Counted from the first letter of the stretch, positions 8,342 through 18,114 are shown. The stretch: DNA of 64,000 nt from Spirochaetaceae bacterium (GCA_011524535.1 WTKD01000014.1:28519-92518); one strand, 5' to 3'. Notes: generated by a model not told the origin, from the sequence alone. A program made the numbers and translations.

Positions 8342-10621
8342 ATGGCATTGAGTAGTTGTTTAGGATTCCCTCGCATTGGTCCAAAAAGAGAATTGAAATG
8401 GGCCCTAGAAAAATACTGGAAAAAATCTATAGACGATGACGAACTCCAGCGCAGATACGATGATATTCGTATTCGTCGTTGGAGTGCACAGAGCACCTTA
8501 TCTCAAGTTCCCATATTTGATTGTAGTTTATACGATCATGTGCTCGACACTGTTCAACTTTTTTCGGCTATTCCGCAACGTTTCCAAACCTTACCATCGA
8601 ATACAAGAGAACAATATTTCGCAATGGCACGCGGAACAACCATCGCCAAAAAAGAAATTCCAGCCATGGATATGAGCAAATGGTTTGATACAAATTACCA
8701 TTATATTGTTCCCGAATTTGAATCTAACCAACAATTCTCCTTGCAACCAGAACATCTGCTACAAGAACTTGATCTCGCAACCAGCCTCGGTATTCCGTTT
8801 CGCCCCGTTGTTCTTGGCCCTCTCAGTTTCTTACTCCTCGGAAAATCACAGGCGAGCCAGCCATTTACTTATTTGGATGCCTTGCTTGAAGCCTACGGAT
8901 CTCTATTACAATTGCTTTCCAGCTGTAATGTAGAATGGCTTCAACTTGATGAACCTATGCTTGCGATATTGCCAGAATCAGAATCTATGCATTATGCCAT
9001 GCATACCTATGAAGTTCTCAATAAGCAATCAACATACACAAAAATATTACTCGCTACGTACTTTGAATCACTCCACGACAAAAAGAACCTTATATATGAA
9101 CTGCCAGTCGAGGGTATCCATGTCGATTGTATAAACGGAATCCACACAGCATCCACCCTTGCCCATTGCGCCGAACGCAAAGAACTTGTCTCGCTCGGAG
9201 TTGTTGATGGAAGAAATATCTGGAGAAATGATCTAGAAGAAAGCCTGGCTATTCTCGAACCTATGCAAGATATCCTGGGACACGAGAAAATAATGGTGAA
9301 CTCTTCTTGTTCACTGTTGCATTGTCCTATAGATATACGATTGGAATCATCCATATCTAAAAATATACTCCCCCAAATGTCCTTTGCCGTTCAAAAGATA
9401 AAGGAGATTGTTCTTCTCACAACAGCGATTACAACAGGGCGTGAATCGATCATACATGAATTGTCACACAATGAGCATATACGCAAGGAGCGGCTGTCTA
9501 TTCCAGGAATACACAGCCCCGATGTACAGAGCCGCCTAGATGCTATCAAACAAAAAGATTTTGTGCGTAATAATCCTTTTGAAAAACGAAGCGAAATACA
9601 AAAAGAATCCGTACAATTACCGCTGTTTCCCACCACGACCATAGGCTCATTTCCGCAAACCGATGATCTGCGTATAGCGAGAGCGCAATACAAAAAACAA
9701 GAAATAACACAAGGAGAATACACCGAAACTCTTCGCAAAAATATTGCAGAAGTAATCAAATTTCAGGATGAAATAGACCTAGATGTATTGGTCCATGGGG
9801 AAGCTGAAAGAAATGATATGGTTGAGTATTTTGGGGAACTGTTAGAGGGATGCATCACAACAGAATTCGGATGGGTGCAAAGTTATGGATCGCGCTGTGT
9901 AAAACCTCCGATCATATACGGAGATGTATACAGAAAGAAGGAAATGACCGTTCCTTGGATTTCTTGGGCTCAGTCACTCACCACGCGCCCGGTAAAGGGC
10001 ATGCTCACTGGTCCAGTGACCATTCTAAAATGGTCATTCATACGTCAAGACATTTCAAAAAAGACGATTGCCTATCAAATAGCACTCGCTATACGTGATG
10101 AAGTCAGTGATCTTGAAAAATCCGGTATATCTATCATACAAATTGACGAACCTGCATTACGCGAAGGCCTGCCCCTTATTCCAGAAAAACAAGCAGATTA
10201 CCTAAACTGGGCAGTAAATAGCTTCAAGCTTTCCTCATCCCATGTCAAAGATTCCACACAAATACATTCCCATATGTGTTATTCGGAGTTCAATGACATT
10301 ATTGATTCTATCATAGCCTTGGATGCAGATGTTATTTCGATAGAGAGCACCCGATCAAACATGGAATTGCTTGATACGTTTATACAAAAGAAATACCCCT
10401 ATGCGATAGGTCCTGGAGTGTACGATATTCATTCTCCGGTTATCCCAAGCAGCGACACAATTTACTCATCTTTGAATTATATTCTGACCGTAATTAACTC
10501 ATCACAGGTATGGGTTAATCCAGACTGTGGCCTAAAGACGAGGAAATGGGAAGAAATAACGCCCTCACTAGCGAACATGGTGGCCGCAGCAAAAAAGCTT
10601 AGACAAAACATCGTGCAATAA
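8342..10621 (+). CDS. metE: Cobalamin-independent methionine synthase
   Basis: GFPRIGPKRELK, KWFDTNYHY, PTTTIGSFPQT, HSHMCYSE, WVNPDCGLKTR. Confidence 0.97.
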   Translation: MALSSCLGFPRIGPKRELKWALEKYWKKSIDDDELQRRYDDIRIRRWSAQSTLSQVPIFDCSLYDHVLDTVQLFSAIPQRFQTLPSNTREQYFAMARGTTIAKKEIPAMDMSKWFDTNYHYIVPEFESNQQFSLQPEHLLQELDLATSLGIPFRPVVLGPLSFLLLGKSQASQPFTYLDALLEAYGSLLQLLSSCNVEWLQLDEPMLAILPESESMHYAMHTYEVLNKQSTYTKILLATYFESLHDKKNLIYELPVEGIHVDCINGIHTASTLAHCAERKELVSLGVVDGRNIWRNDLEESLAILEPMQDILGHEKIMVNSSCSLLHCPIDIRLESSISKNILPQMSFAVQKIKEIVLLTTAITTGRESIIHELSHNEHIRKERLSIPGIHSPDVQSRLDAIKQKDFVRNNPFEKRSEIQKESVQLPLFPTTTIGSFPQTDDLRIARAQYKKQEITQGEYTETLRKNIAEVIKFQDEIDLDVLVHGEAERNDMVEYFGELLEGCITTEFGWVQSYGSRCVKPPIIYGDVYRKKEMTVPWISWAQSLTTRPVKGMLTGPVTILKWSFIRQDISKKTIAYQIALAIRDEVSDLEKSGISIIQIDEPALREGLPLIPEKQADYLNWAVNSFKLSSSHVKDSTQIHSHMCYSEFNDIIDSIIALDADVISIESTRSNMELLDTFIQKKYPYAIGPGVYDIHSPVIPSSDTIYSSLNYILTVINSSQVWVNPDCGLKTRKWEEITPSLANMVAAAKKLRQNIVQ

Positions 10622-10791
10622 TGAACTCTAACTGGCTCTATAACGTAAGAAATAGTTACACATCATTGTCTGATTCGTGTGATTTGTATTTTTTCACGCC
10701 TTATCAGACAACTATGCGATCCTATATCTTTTTTCCCACAGGATAATTAGCTTCACTATACTTGTACAGTTCTATCGAATATAGTGATGAT

Positions 10792-12675
10792 ATGGAAGCA
10801 ATAATTGCAAACATCATAAAGAATACTCATTTTGCGAAATATTTTGCCAAGTCAAATATCGTCGTTATGGAATCAAGATCTGACTTCATTAATCTTTGCT
10901 TTCCCGATAAAAAGCAATTAAAAACGGTCGTGGAGTACGATATACCTGGAAAAGGAATGATCCAAGAAGCAGAAGTCGTACGCTGTAAGAACGGAGTCAG
11001 TGTCAACTATCCAGACACATACATGAGGAGACGAGACCCTCATGCAATGGTTATCTCCGACAACCTACCCAGCGACAAACCAAATTACAAAAATCGTTTT
11101 GGAAAACCGTTCGACGAACTTCGAGAAGAAACTTTTACGTGGCTAGCAAAACAAGACCTAATATTGGTTCCTTTTTGGGCAGGAGGAAGCACCTGTACCG
11201 ATTATCCAACCATACTTATTTGTCCTAGAAATGCAGGTTTTTTTGCATTAGCTCTCGCCGATTTGCAAGGATTCATACCGGCTAGCAAAATTCCCGAAGG
11301 ATTCACGCCCCTCGCCACCCTCATGGTTGCGCCTCCTTTTAGACACACACATTTTGAGGGAAAACAGGTTGTTGTTCACCATCGTTCACAAGATCATCAT
11401 GAAGTCTTCAGTTATAACCTCTATCCTGGTCCCAGCGCAAAAAAGGGAGTTTATGGCATTCTTCTAAATATTGGAGAAAAGGAAGGATGGACAACATTAC
11501 ACAGTTCTGCCGTGAGGATGATCACTCCATATGACAATGAATTTGTTATTCTTCACGAAGGAGCATCGGGAGGGGGTAAGAGCGAAATGACCCAGCCCAT
11601 ACACCGAACAGAAGAAGGGAAAGTACTTCTTGCACAAAATACTGTAGCAGACATAAGTTATTTATTGGAGCTACAAGATACATGCGAACTCCACCCAGTC
11701 ACCGATGACATGTCGTTTACCCATCCATCGATACAACAAAGTCCTTCGCGTAGGCTCGTCATACGAGATGCCGAAGAAGGTTGGTTTTTACGTGTTGACC
11801 ACATGAAAGAATATGGTTCGGAGCCGATGATCGAAAAACTCTGTGTGAACCCGCCAGAACCACTCATATTCCTCAACATAGATGCTTCGCCCAATTCTAC
11901 AGCCCTGCTTTGGGAACATATTGAAGATGCTCCGGGTCAACCTTGTTCGAACCCTCGGGTAATTGTTCCACGAAGGCTCATTCCTCGAATAACCGATGAG
12001 GCTGTTTCGGTTCATGTTCGTAGCTTTGGAGTACGTACTCCACCAACCACAGAAAATAAACCAAATTATGGAATCATTGGTCTACTGCATGTGCTGCCGC
12101 CTTCTCTTGCCTGGCTTTGGCGGTTGGTTGCTCCTCGTGGGCACGCAAATCCAAGTATCGTGGGTCAAGAAGGCCTCCAAAGTGAAGGAGTTGGATCTTT
12201 CTGGCCTTTTGCAACCGGTGAAAAAATAACACATGCGAATATTCTCCTGAGGCAGATTCAGGATACTCCTGGAACACGTTACGTACTGATCCCAAATCAA
12301 TACATAGGTTCCTATTATGTTGGATTTGCTCCGGAATGGATTGCCCGTGAATTTCTCGCAAGACATGGCTCGGCACGTTTCAAATCAAACAAAATTCAGT
12401 CTTCTCGCTGTCCATTGTTAGGGTATTCATTGACTTCGTTGAAAGTTAACGGTCAGGATATCCCTCAACTCCTATTGAACGTAGAAAAACAAATGGGAGT
12501 TGGTACAAAGGGGTATGATAAAGGAGCAAAAATACTCAGCGATTTTTTCAAAGAAGAACTCAAACAATTTCATACTCAAAAGCTACATCCGTTGGGAAGA
12601 GCTATTATCGACCTTTGCTTTAACGATGCCAGTCTTGAAGATTTTTCTGAAGTATTGCCAATGCATGATCTATAA
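10792..12675 (+). CDS. DUF4914-like protein with PEP-carboxykinase-like P-loop motifs
   Basis: YMRRRDP, NLYPGPSAKKG, HEGASGGGKSEM, PVTDD, AWLWRLVAPRG. ATG 10792 is preferred over TTG 10762. Confidence 0.75.
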   Translation: MEAIIANIIKNTHFAKYFAKSNIVVMESRSDFINLCFPDKKQLKTVVEYDIPGKGMIQEAEVVRCKNGVSVNYPDTYMRRRDPHAMVISDNLPSDKPNYKNRFGKPFDELREETFTWLAKQDLILVPFWAGGSTCTDYPTILICPRNAGFFALALADLQGFIPASKIPEGFTPLATLMVAPPFRHTHFEGKQVVVHHRSQDHHEVFSYNLYPGPSAKKGVYGILLNIGEKEGWTTLHSSAVRMITPYDNEFVILHEGASGGGKSEMTQPIHRTEEGKVLLAQNTVADISYLLELQDTCELHPVTDDMSFTHPSIQQSPSRRLVIRDAEEGWFLRVDHMKEYGSEPMIEKLCVNPPEPLIFLNIDASPNSTALLWEHIEDAPGQPCSNPRVIVPRRLIPRITDEAVSVHVRSFGVRTPPTTENKPNYGIIGLLHVLPPSLAWLWRLVAPRGHANPSIVGQEGLQSEGVGSFWPFATGEKITHANILLRQIQDTPGTRYVLIPNQYIGSYYVGFAPEWIAREFLARHGSARFKSNKIQSSRCPLLGYSLTSLKVNGQDIPQLLLNVEKQMGVGTKGYDKGAKILSDFFKEELKQFHTQKLHPLGRAIIDLCFNDASLEDFSEVLPMHDL

Positions 12676-12692
12676 AATATCTCGGATATATT

Positions 12693-12724
12693 GCCCAACC
12701 TCTTCCAATATGGGGTTGGGTTTG
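12693..12724 (+). terminator. Possible intrinsic terminator after the DUF4914-like gene
   Basis: Stem GCCCAACCTC/GGGGTTGGGT (10 bp including G-U pairs) with a short T tail. Confidence 0.45.
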
Positions 12725-12835
12725 TATACCTGAATAACCAAACATTTCCTTGCCATCGCCGCAATTTGTTTCTCGATCATATTCTTTGTTTTTATTTACT
12801 TTTTCTTTGGTATATTCCTTTACATCCCTTATCGC

Positions 12836-12864
12836 TTGTCAATAAATCAGGGATGCTCTATAAT
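12836..12864 (+). promoter_or_regulatory. Putative sigma70 promoter of the pyr operon
   Basis: TTGTCA-17 nt-TATAAT. This implies pyrC starts at GTG 12884 or TTG 12896. Confidence 0.7.
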
Positions 12865-12883
12865 TGGCTGTTTATGTATACCT

Positions 12884-14020
12884 GTGAGTCTTCTCTTGTC
12901 TAAGATTATCACCATTCCATCGGTTGTGGATTGTCACGTTCATCTTAGAATTCCAGGAGGTGAACACAAAGAGGACTTTTTAACAGGGTCTCGTGCTGCT
13001 CTCGCTGGCGGTATCAGCACAGTATTAGCAATGCCAAACACAAATCCTCCTCTTGATTGCGAGGAATTTTTTTTATATGCACATCAAAAAGCATTAAAAG
13101 AAGGCCTTTGTACCATAAAGCATTTTGTTGGAGCAACCGACAGCAATACGGGCATCTCTAGACAATCAAACCGTATAGCTACTCAAGCTGCGGGCCTCAA
13201 ACTGTATATCAATGAAACATTCGGCAGTCTAAGAATAAACGACGAACACTGTATACGAGAGCACGTTCGTTCTTGGGTTGGACGCGGACCCGTCGCTGCT
13301 CACGCAGAACAAGAATGGGTTCCTTTTCTTATTTCCTTGGCAGACCAGTACAAGGTTCATATTCACCTCTGTCATATATCTCATGAATCAGAAATACATG
13401 CTATTCGATCGGCAAAAGAGCAAGGTATATCTATCACCTGCGAAGTATGTCCTCACCACCTTTTTTTGACCGAAAAAGATGCCGAAATCCTCGGTTCAAA
13501 AGCAAGAGTTTCTCCGCCAATCAATCAAGAAAAAGACAGAATGGCTTTGTGGAATAATCTCGCGTATATCGACTGCCTTGCGAGCGATCACGCACCTCAT
13601 ACATTGGAAGAAAAAATGAGCGATCAATCACCACCGGGATTTCCCGGGCTAGAAACCTTGCTTCCCCTGGGATTATTGGCCGTAGAACAAGAAAAACTTT
13701 CTCTAGAACGCCTAATGCACATGGTTTCCGTAGGTCCAAGAACTATCTTCACTCTGCATGATCCAATCGTACAGGAAAGCAAAACAGTTATCGAATTAGA
13801 AGAAAGGGGTCCTCTATCCGCTGGCGGCTGGAACACCAAATGCGACTGGTCTCCATTTGCCGATAAGGTCGTTCCCGGCAAAATTTTAGAAACCTATGTG
13901 GGCTCACGATGCATGTATCGTGATGGAAAATTTTTAGTCAGCTCAACAGAAGAAAAAAGCACCACCTTTGGAAATATGGAGGAGGAAGATGAACATACCG
14001 GTACAAAAAGAATTATTTGA
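12884..14020 (+). CDS. pyrC: Dihydroorotase (CAD-like subgroup)
   Basis: DCHVHLR, AMPNTNP, GLKLYINETF, CEVCPHHLFL, ASDHAPHTLEEK, PPGFPGLET. Confidence 0.92.
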   Translation: MSLLLSKIITIPSVVDCHVHLRIPGGEHKEDFLTGSRAALAGGISTVLAMPNTNPPLDCEEFFLYAHQKALKEGLCTIKHFVGATDSNTGISRQSNRIATQAAGLKLYINETFGSLRINDEHCIREHVRSWVGRGPVAAHAEQEWVPFLISLADQYKVHIHLCHISHESEIHAIRSAKEQGISITCEVCPHHLFLTEKDAEILGSKARVSPPINQEKDRMALWNNLAYIDCLASDHAPHTLEEKMSDQSPPGFPGLETLLPLGLLAVEQEKLSLERLMHMVSVGPRTIFTLHDPIVQESKTVIELEERGPLSAGGWNTKCDWSPFADKVVPGKILETYVGSRCMYRDGKFLVSSTEEKSTTFGNMEEEDEHTGTKRII

Positions 14021-14975
14021 ACGTATTTGTATTTTACAAGAATCTTATACGGAAAATAATATCGTAAGTGTGCAACAATTCTCATTTGAGGCACTCACGC
14101 ACTTAATGAACCTCATATCGTGCATTCATGTACTCACCGAGAACAATGCTATGCCCCCCGTGCTTGCAAACAAAATCCTTGCAGCCATATTTTATGAACC
14201 TAGTACGCGTACATCGGCGAGTTTTATATCCGCTATGTACAAATTAGGAGGAAGCGTTCTACCCTTCATTGCGGGCATGGAATCCTCTAGCGTGCGAAAA
14301 GGAGAGACGGTTGTAGATACATTAAAGACCATCGCTCAATTATCAGACCTCCTCGTGTTAAGACATCCTGAAAAAGGTATACATACGACGCTCGTTGCGA
14401 ATATTTTTTCTCCCCTCATAAATGCCGGAGATGGCTATGGAGAACATCCTACCCAAGCCCTCTTAGATTTGTACACCATCCTACGCGAAAAACAATCCCT
14501 AGAAAACAAAACGGTAACCATTGTTGGCGATCTTTTGTATGGTCGAACAGTACACAGTCTCATCCGCCTACTACACCATTTTGAGAATGTTCATATCCAA
14601 TTGGTAAGCCCACGTGACCTTGCACTTCCCCGAGAATACTATTCTGGTGAAAAAGAAACAGAATCCTTGGAAGAAGTGATAGGTGAAAGCGATGTTCTCT
14701 ACGTAACGCGTATGCAGCGCGAACGTTTTAAGAATCCTGAATCCTATGATCAATACAAATCTTTATATTTGATAAACAAAGACACCTTACACCACGCGAA
14801 AAATAACCTCATTATTATGCATCCCCTTCCTCGTGTGAATGAGATCGATCCCTTGGTAGACAAAGATACCCGCGCTGTGTATTTCAAACAGGTCAAAAAT
14901 GGCTTATACACAAGAATGGCTCTCATGTGTCTATTATTATTCGATAGGAATTCCCATTTCTATGACTTTTTTTGA
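13989..14975 (+). CDS. pyrB: Aspartate carbamoyltransferase catalytic subunit
   Basis: FYEPSTRT, NAGDG.GEHPTQALLD, GRTVHSL, MHPLPRVNEI. GGAGG lies upstream of ATG 13989. Confidence 0.95.
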   Translation: MNIPVQKELFERICILQESYTENNIVSVQQFSFEALTHLMNLISCIHVLTENNAMPPVLANKILAAIFYEPSTRTSASFISAMYKLGGSVLPFIAGMESSSVRKGETVVDTLKTIAQLSDLLVLRHPEKGIHTTLVANIFSPLINAGDGYGEHPTQALLDLYTILREKQSLENKTVTIVGDLLYGRTVHSLIRLLHHFENVHIQLVSPRDLALPREYYSGEKETESLEEVIGESDVLYVTRMQRERFKNPESYDQYKSLYLINKDTLHHAKNNLIIMHPLPRVNEIDPLVDKDTRAVYFKQVKNGLYTRMALMCLLLFDRNSHFYDFF

Positions 14976-16503
14976 TACAATACAGGACCTTCAAGAGCAA
15001 CGTTCAACCAATCTTTGTCTTGGGCTTGATCCACGACCAATTGATATTATACGTTGGGCAAACAATACGAGAGAACAAGAAACCCTCAAGGAACTCTTTT
15101 CAAATTTTGATACCAATGATCCTTTAAGCATAGAAAAATTATCAAAGCATTATCTATCGCTTGTCGAATGGTTGTTGGATACGTGTCGGGAATACATTTC
15201 TTGCGTGAAAATCAATCTAGCCTTTTATCAGCAATACGCTCTAGAAAATACAATGCTGGATATCATTATCCTCGCAAGATCGCTTGGATTGCCCGCCATA
15301 CTGGATGCAAAATTCGGTGACATCCAATCAACCGCAAAGGCCTATGCTCGGGCTGCTTTTGAACGATTTTCCGCAGATGCCGTTACCCTGCACCCATATT
15401 TGGGCAGTTCTAGCATTACCCCTTTTTTGACATACGCTACCAAGGCCGTATTTGTCCTTTCCCATACCAGCAACCCAGATGCTCAATATGTACAAACTTT
15501 TTCTAATACAGATAATACCCCTCTCTACGAACACATTGTACAGCCGTATATGAATAATCCTCAAATCGGATTCGTGTGTGGTGCGACACATCTCGAAACT
15601 TTGCGCAATATCCGAAGCAAATCAAATAATTGGATACTAACACCGGGAGTAGGAGCACAAGGAGGGACGGTTCTCGATGTTATGGCAGCCGCAAACAAAC
15701 GTGTAATCATCCCTATCTCTAGAGCAATTGTAGACACCGATTCGCCAAAAGAAGCAATAGAACGATTTCATGCCCATCTCAAACAGCATAGAGCAAACTC
15801 AACACACGATCATGTACACCCCTCGCAGACTCCAGTGGCAGAGAATCGCAGAGCGACAGAACAAAACCCTAATACACTGCACACTATCGTATCTCAATTG
15901 TGTGAAAAAGGCATGATTCTATTTGGCGATTACACGTACAAAAGCGGTATCCGCGCCCCTTTCTATGTTAACCTTCGAGATGTCATAGGAAGCCCATCTC
16001 TTCTTCGCATCATCTGCGAAGAGATGCTCCCGCTAGTAACTTCTTGTACATACAATAGGATATGTGGTATTGCCTATGGAGCACTTGGATTCGCATTCAC
16101 CTTATCCGATATGATTGGTGCCTCTACAATACTGCTACGCAAAGAAGGCAAGAAAGAATATGGCACCCAAGAAGCTGTAGTTGGACCCTATGCTGCCGGA
16201 GATAGGGTTGTCATCATAGAGGAAATGACCAGCACCGGTTCAACCATCATCGAAACCGCCCTCTCTTTGAGAAAAAAAGGCCTTGAGGTAAACGATGTCA
16301 TAGTCTTTTATACTGGAATTGGTGATCCAGAAGCCAATCTTGCACAACATGAACTGCGCCTACACCGGGTTTTAGACTTCTTTCGCTTACTTTCCATCTT
16401 GCACGAACTATCATATATCACCGATGTTCAAAAATCGAAACTTATCTCACTTACCCACACCGATGAGCTTGGGCTGTCAAATACTGCTGGGAATGAAGCG
16501 TAA
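14962..16503 (+). CDS. pyrF/pyrE: Bifunctional OMP decarboxylase-orotate phosphoribosyltransferase (PyrF-PyrE order)
   Basis: N-terminal CLGLDP, DAKFGDI, PGVGAQGG. C-terminal FGDYTYKSG..APFYVNLR, RKEGKKEYGT, VIIEEMTSTGST. Confidence 0.9.
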   Translation: MTFFDTIQDLQEQRSTNLCLGLDPRPIDIIRWANNTREQETLKELFSNFDTNDPLSIEKLSKHYLSLVEWLLDTCREYISCVKINLAFYQQYALENTMLDIIILARSLGLPAILDAKFGDIQSTAKAYARAAFERFSADAVTLHPYLGSSSITPFLTYATKAVFVLSHTSNPDAQYVQTFSNTDNTPLYEHIVQPYMNNPQIGFVCGATHLETLRNIRSKSNNWILTPGVGAQGGTVLDVMAAANKRVIIPISRAIVDTDSPKEAIERFHAHLKQHRANSTHDHVHPSQTPVAENRRATEQNPNTLHTIVSQLCEKGMILFGDYTYKSGIRAPFYVNLRDVIGSPSLLRIICEEMLPLVTSCTYNRICGIAYGALGFAFTLSDMIGASTILLRKEGKKEYGTQEAVVGPYAAGDRVVIIEEMTSTGSTIIETALSLRKKGLEVNDVIVFYTGIGDPEANLAQHELRLHRVLDFFRLLSILHELSYITDVQKSKLISLTHTDELGLSNTAGNEA

Positions 16504-17383
16504 CAATCTCAACAATCACATAAAACCCACACTATTTTCACATAGTTTGCCCTCTTTCTTCGTTATAGCCAGTGGCATGGTTCAAAACACGAGTAAGAGC
16601 CTTTTATCACTCGCAAGAAAAACATCTGCCGGTGTTATCACTACAAAATCAATCACGATCCATGAACGTTCGGGGAACCATGCACCAACAACACATTACA
16701 CCGATCATTACATGCTGAACGCTATTGGTATTCCATCTGCCGGTATTGATGTCGTGCTCCCCGAATTAGAAACATTCATTGCAAATACAACAAAGAAGCT
16801 GGCTATCTCGGTGTACGCCGAGCACGATAATGACGCCTTATATATGATAAAGAAAATCGATAGGCTTGGAGCCATATATATCGAGTTGAATTTTTCTTGT
16901 CCAAACATCTCGCATACTAGCAAAATACCACTCTACGCCGATGCCCCGCGCATGGCTTCTATGATCCGCACAATCAAACAGTCTAATCCCCTAACACCTA
17001 TCGTAGCAAAGCTATCCCCACTCGTGCCAAACATGGGCTATATTGCAGAAACCCTATTGGAAGCTGGTATAGATGGATTTACCCTCACAAATACAATTCC
17101 AGCGATGACATTCGATCTATCAACAAAAAAACCCGTGTTGAGTTATGGAAGCGGCGGGATGAGCGGAGCGGCATTACATCCAATCGCCCTCAAGGCGGTG
17201 CATGATGTACGGAAGATATCCTCGGACATTCCAATTATCGGTACAGGTGGTGTATATAGCCCTGAAGATGCAATGCGTATGCGAATCGCCGGGGCAAGCC
17301 TCATAGGTATTGGATCTATCCTGTATACAAAAAACATTGATGCGGCAGAAAAAATAATAATGAATTTCAAGGATCCAGTTTAA
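16493..17383 (+). CDS. pyrD: Dihydroorotate dehydrogenase, family 1
   Basis: IASG, TTKS, MLNAIG, ELNFSCPN, AKLSP, TNT, GGMSG, IIGTGGV. Confidence 0.9.
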   Translation: MKRNNLNNHIKPTLFSHSLPSFFVIASGMVQNTSKSLLSLARKTSAGVITTKSITIHERSGNHAPTTHYTDHYMLNAIGIPSAGIDVVLPELETFIANTTKKLAISVYAEHDNDALYMIKKIDRLGAIYIELNFSCPNISHTSKIPLYADAPRMASMIRTIKQSNPLTPIVAKLSPLVPNMGYIAETLLEAGIDGFTLTNTIPAMTFDLSTKKPVLSYGSGGMSGAALHPIALKAVHDVRKISSDIPIIGTGGVYSPEDAMRMRIAGASLIGIGSILYTKNIDAAEKIIMNFKDPV

Positions 17384-17457
17384 ATCTGCGATAAACATCA
17401 ACAGGACTGATTATCCATGCCTCACTAGACATGTTTTAGATATGGAGTTCCTATTTG

Positions 17458-18114
17458 TCAGTGACCCGTATTTTGGAGAGCTTTCCAAGAAACAGGATAT
17501 AGTTCCTGCAAGGCATCGTGCAAATATCGGGCTACCTCCTGCGTCTCGTACTGTGCATCGGCTTTCATACGGAGGGTGCACACACGAGAGAAAGCCATTA
17601 TTGTTCCACTCCATATCCATTCTGTCATCATGTTTTGTGGTAGCATCATGCGCGCTTGCTCTGGACACACATTCTTTTTTAAAAGAGTTTCGTATAGTTC
17701 ACGACTCGTTTTTATAAATGTGTGTATAGCTTCCAAGTATTCCCCACTGATATCGACAGGTATCCTGCTTGACCCCTGTTTTGCGCTTTCACTCCTTCCA
17801 CGCCATTCTCGAGGGAGATAAAATTCGGGATTACTATCCACATATCTCCGACTTACTTCATTCCAACTCAGGCCGACTTGGTGTTTTACCAGTTGCCTTG
17901 CAACAAACAGCGGTGCCTTTATCCGAAACGAAGCAAAAGCGTGACAAAAAGGTGTAAAATGATTATGCCTTGCGAGATAGTTAATAAGCTTCTCGTCGCT
18001 AGGGTCAAATAATTCCTTTTCTTTTGCAAATGAGACCCGAGCCGCATTCACAACCGACAAATCGCTCCCCATCTTATCGATGAGGGTTACTTCTGATTCA
18101 TACGCAATCTTCAT
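17458..18114 (-). CDS. thyX: Flavin-dependent thymidylate synthase
   Basis: VVNAARVSF, HFTPF, ARQLVKHQVGLSWNEVSRRY, PEQARMMLPQ, AQYET. Confidence 0.93.
   Translation of the reverse strand: MKIAYESEVTLIDKMGSDLSVVNAARVSFAKEKELFDPSDEKLINYLARHNHFTPFCHAFASFRIKAPLFVARQLVKHQVGLSWNEVSRRYVDSNPEFYLPREWRGRSESAKQGSSRIPVDISGEYLEAIHTFIKTSRELYETLLKKNVCPEQARMMLPQNMMTEWIWSGTIMAFSRVCTLRMKADAQYETQEVARYLHDALQELYPVSWKALQNTGH

Noticed and set aside
13950..14020. Programmed frameshift fusing PyrC and PyrB into a CAD-like polypeptide
   Set aside because: pyrB has its own GGAGG and ATG, and I found no convincing slippery site plus stimulator. Ordinary overlap is simpler.
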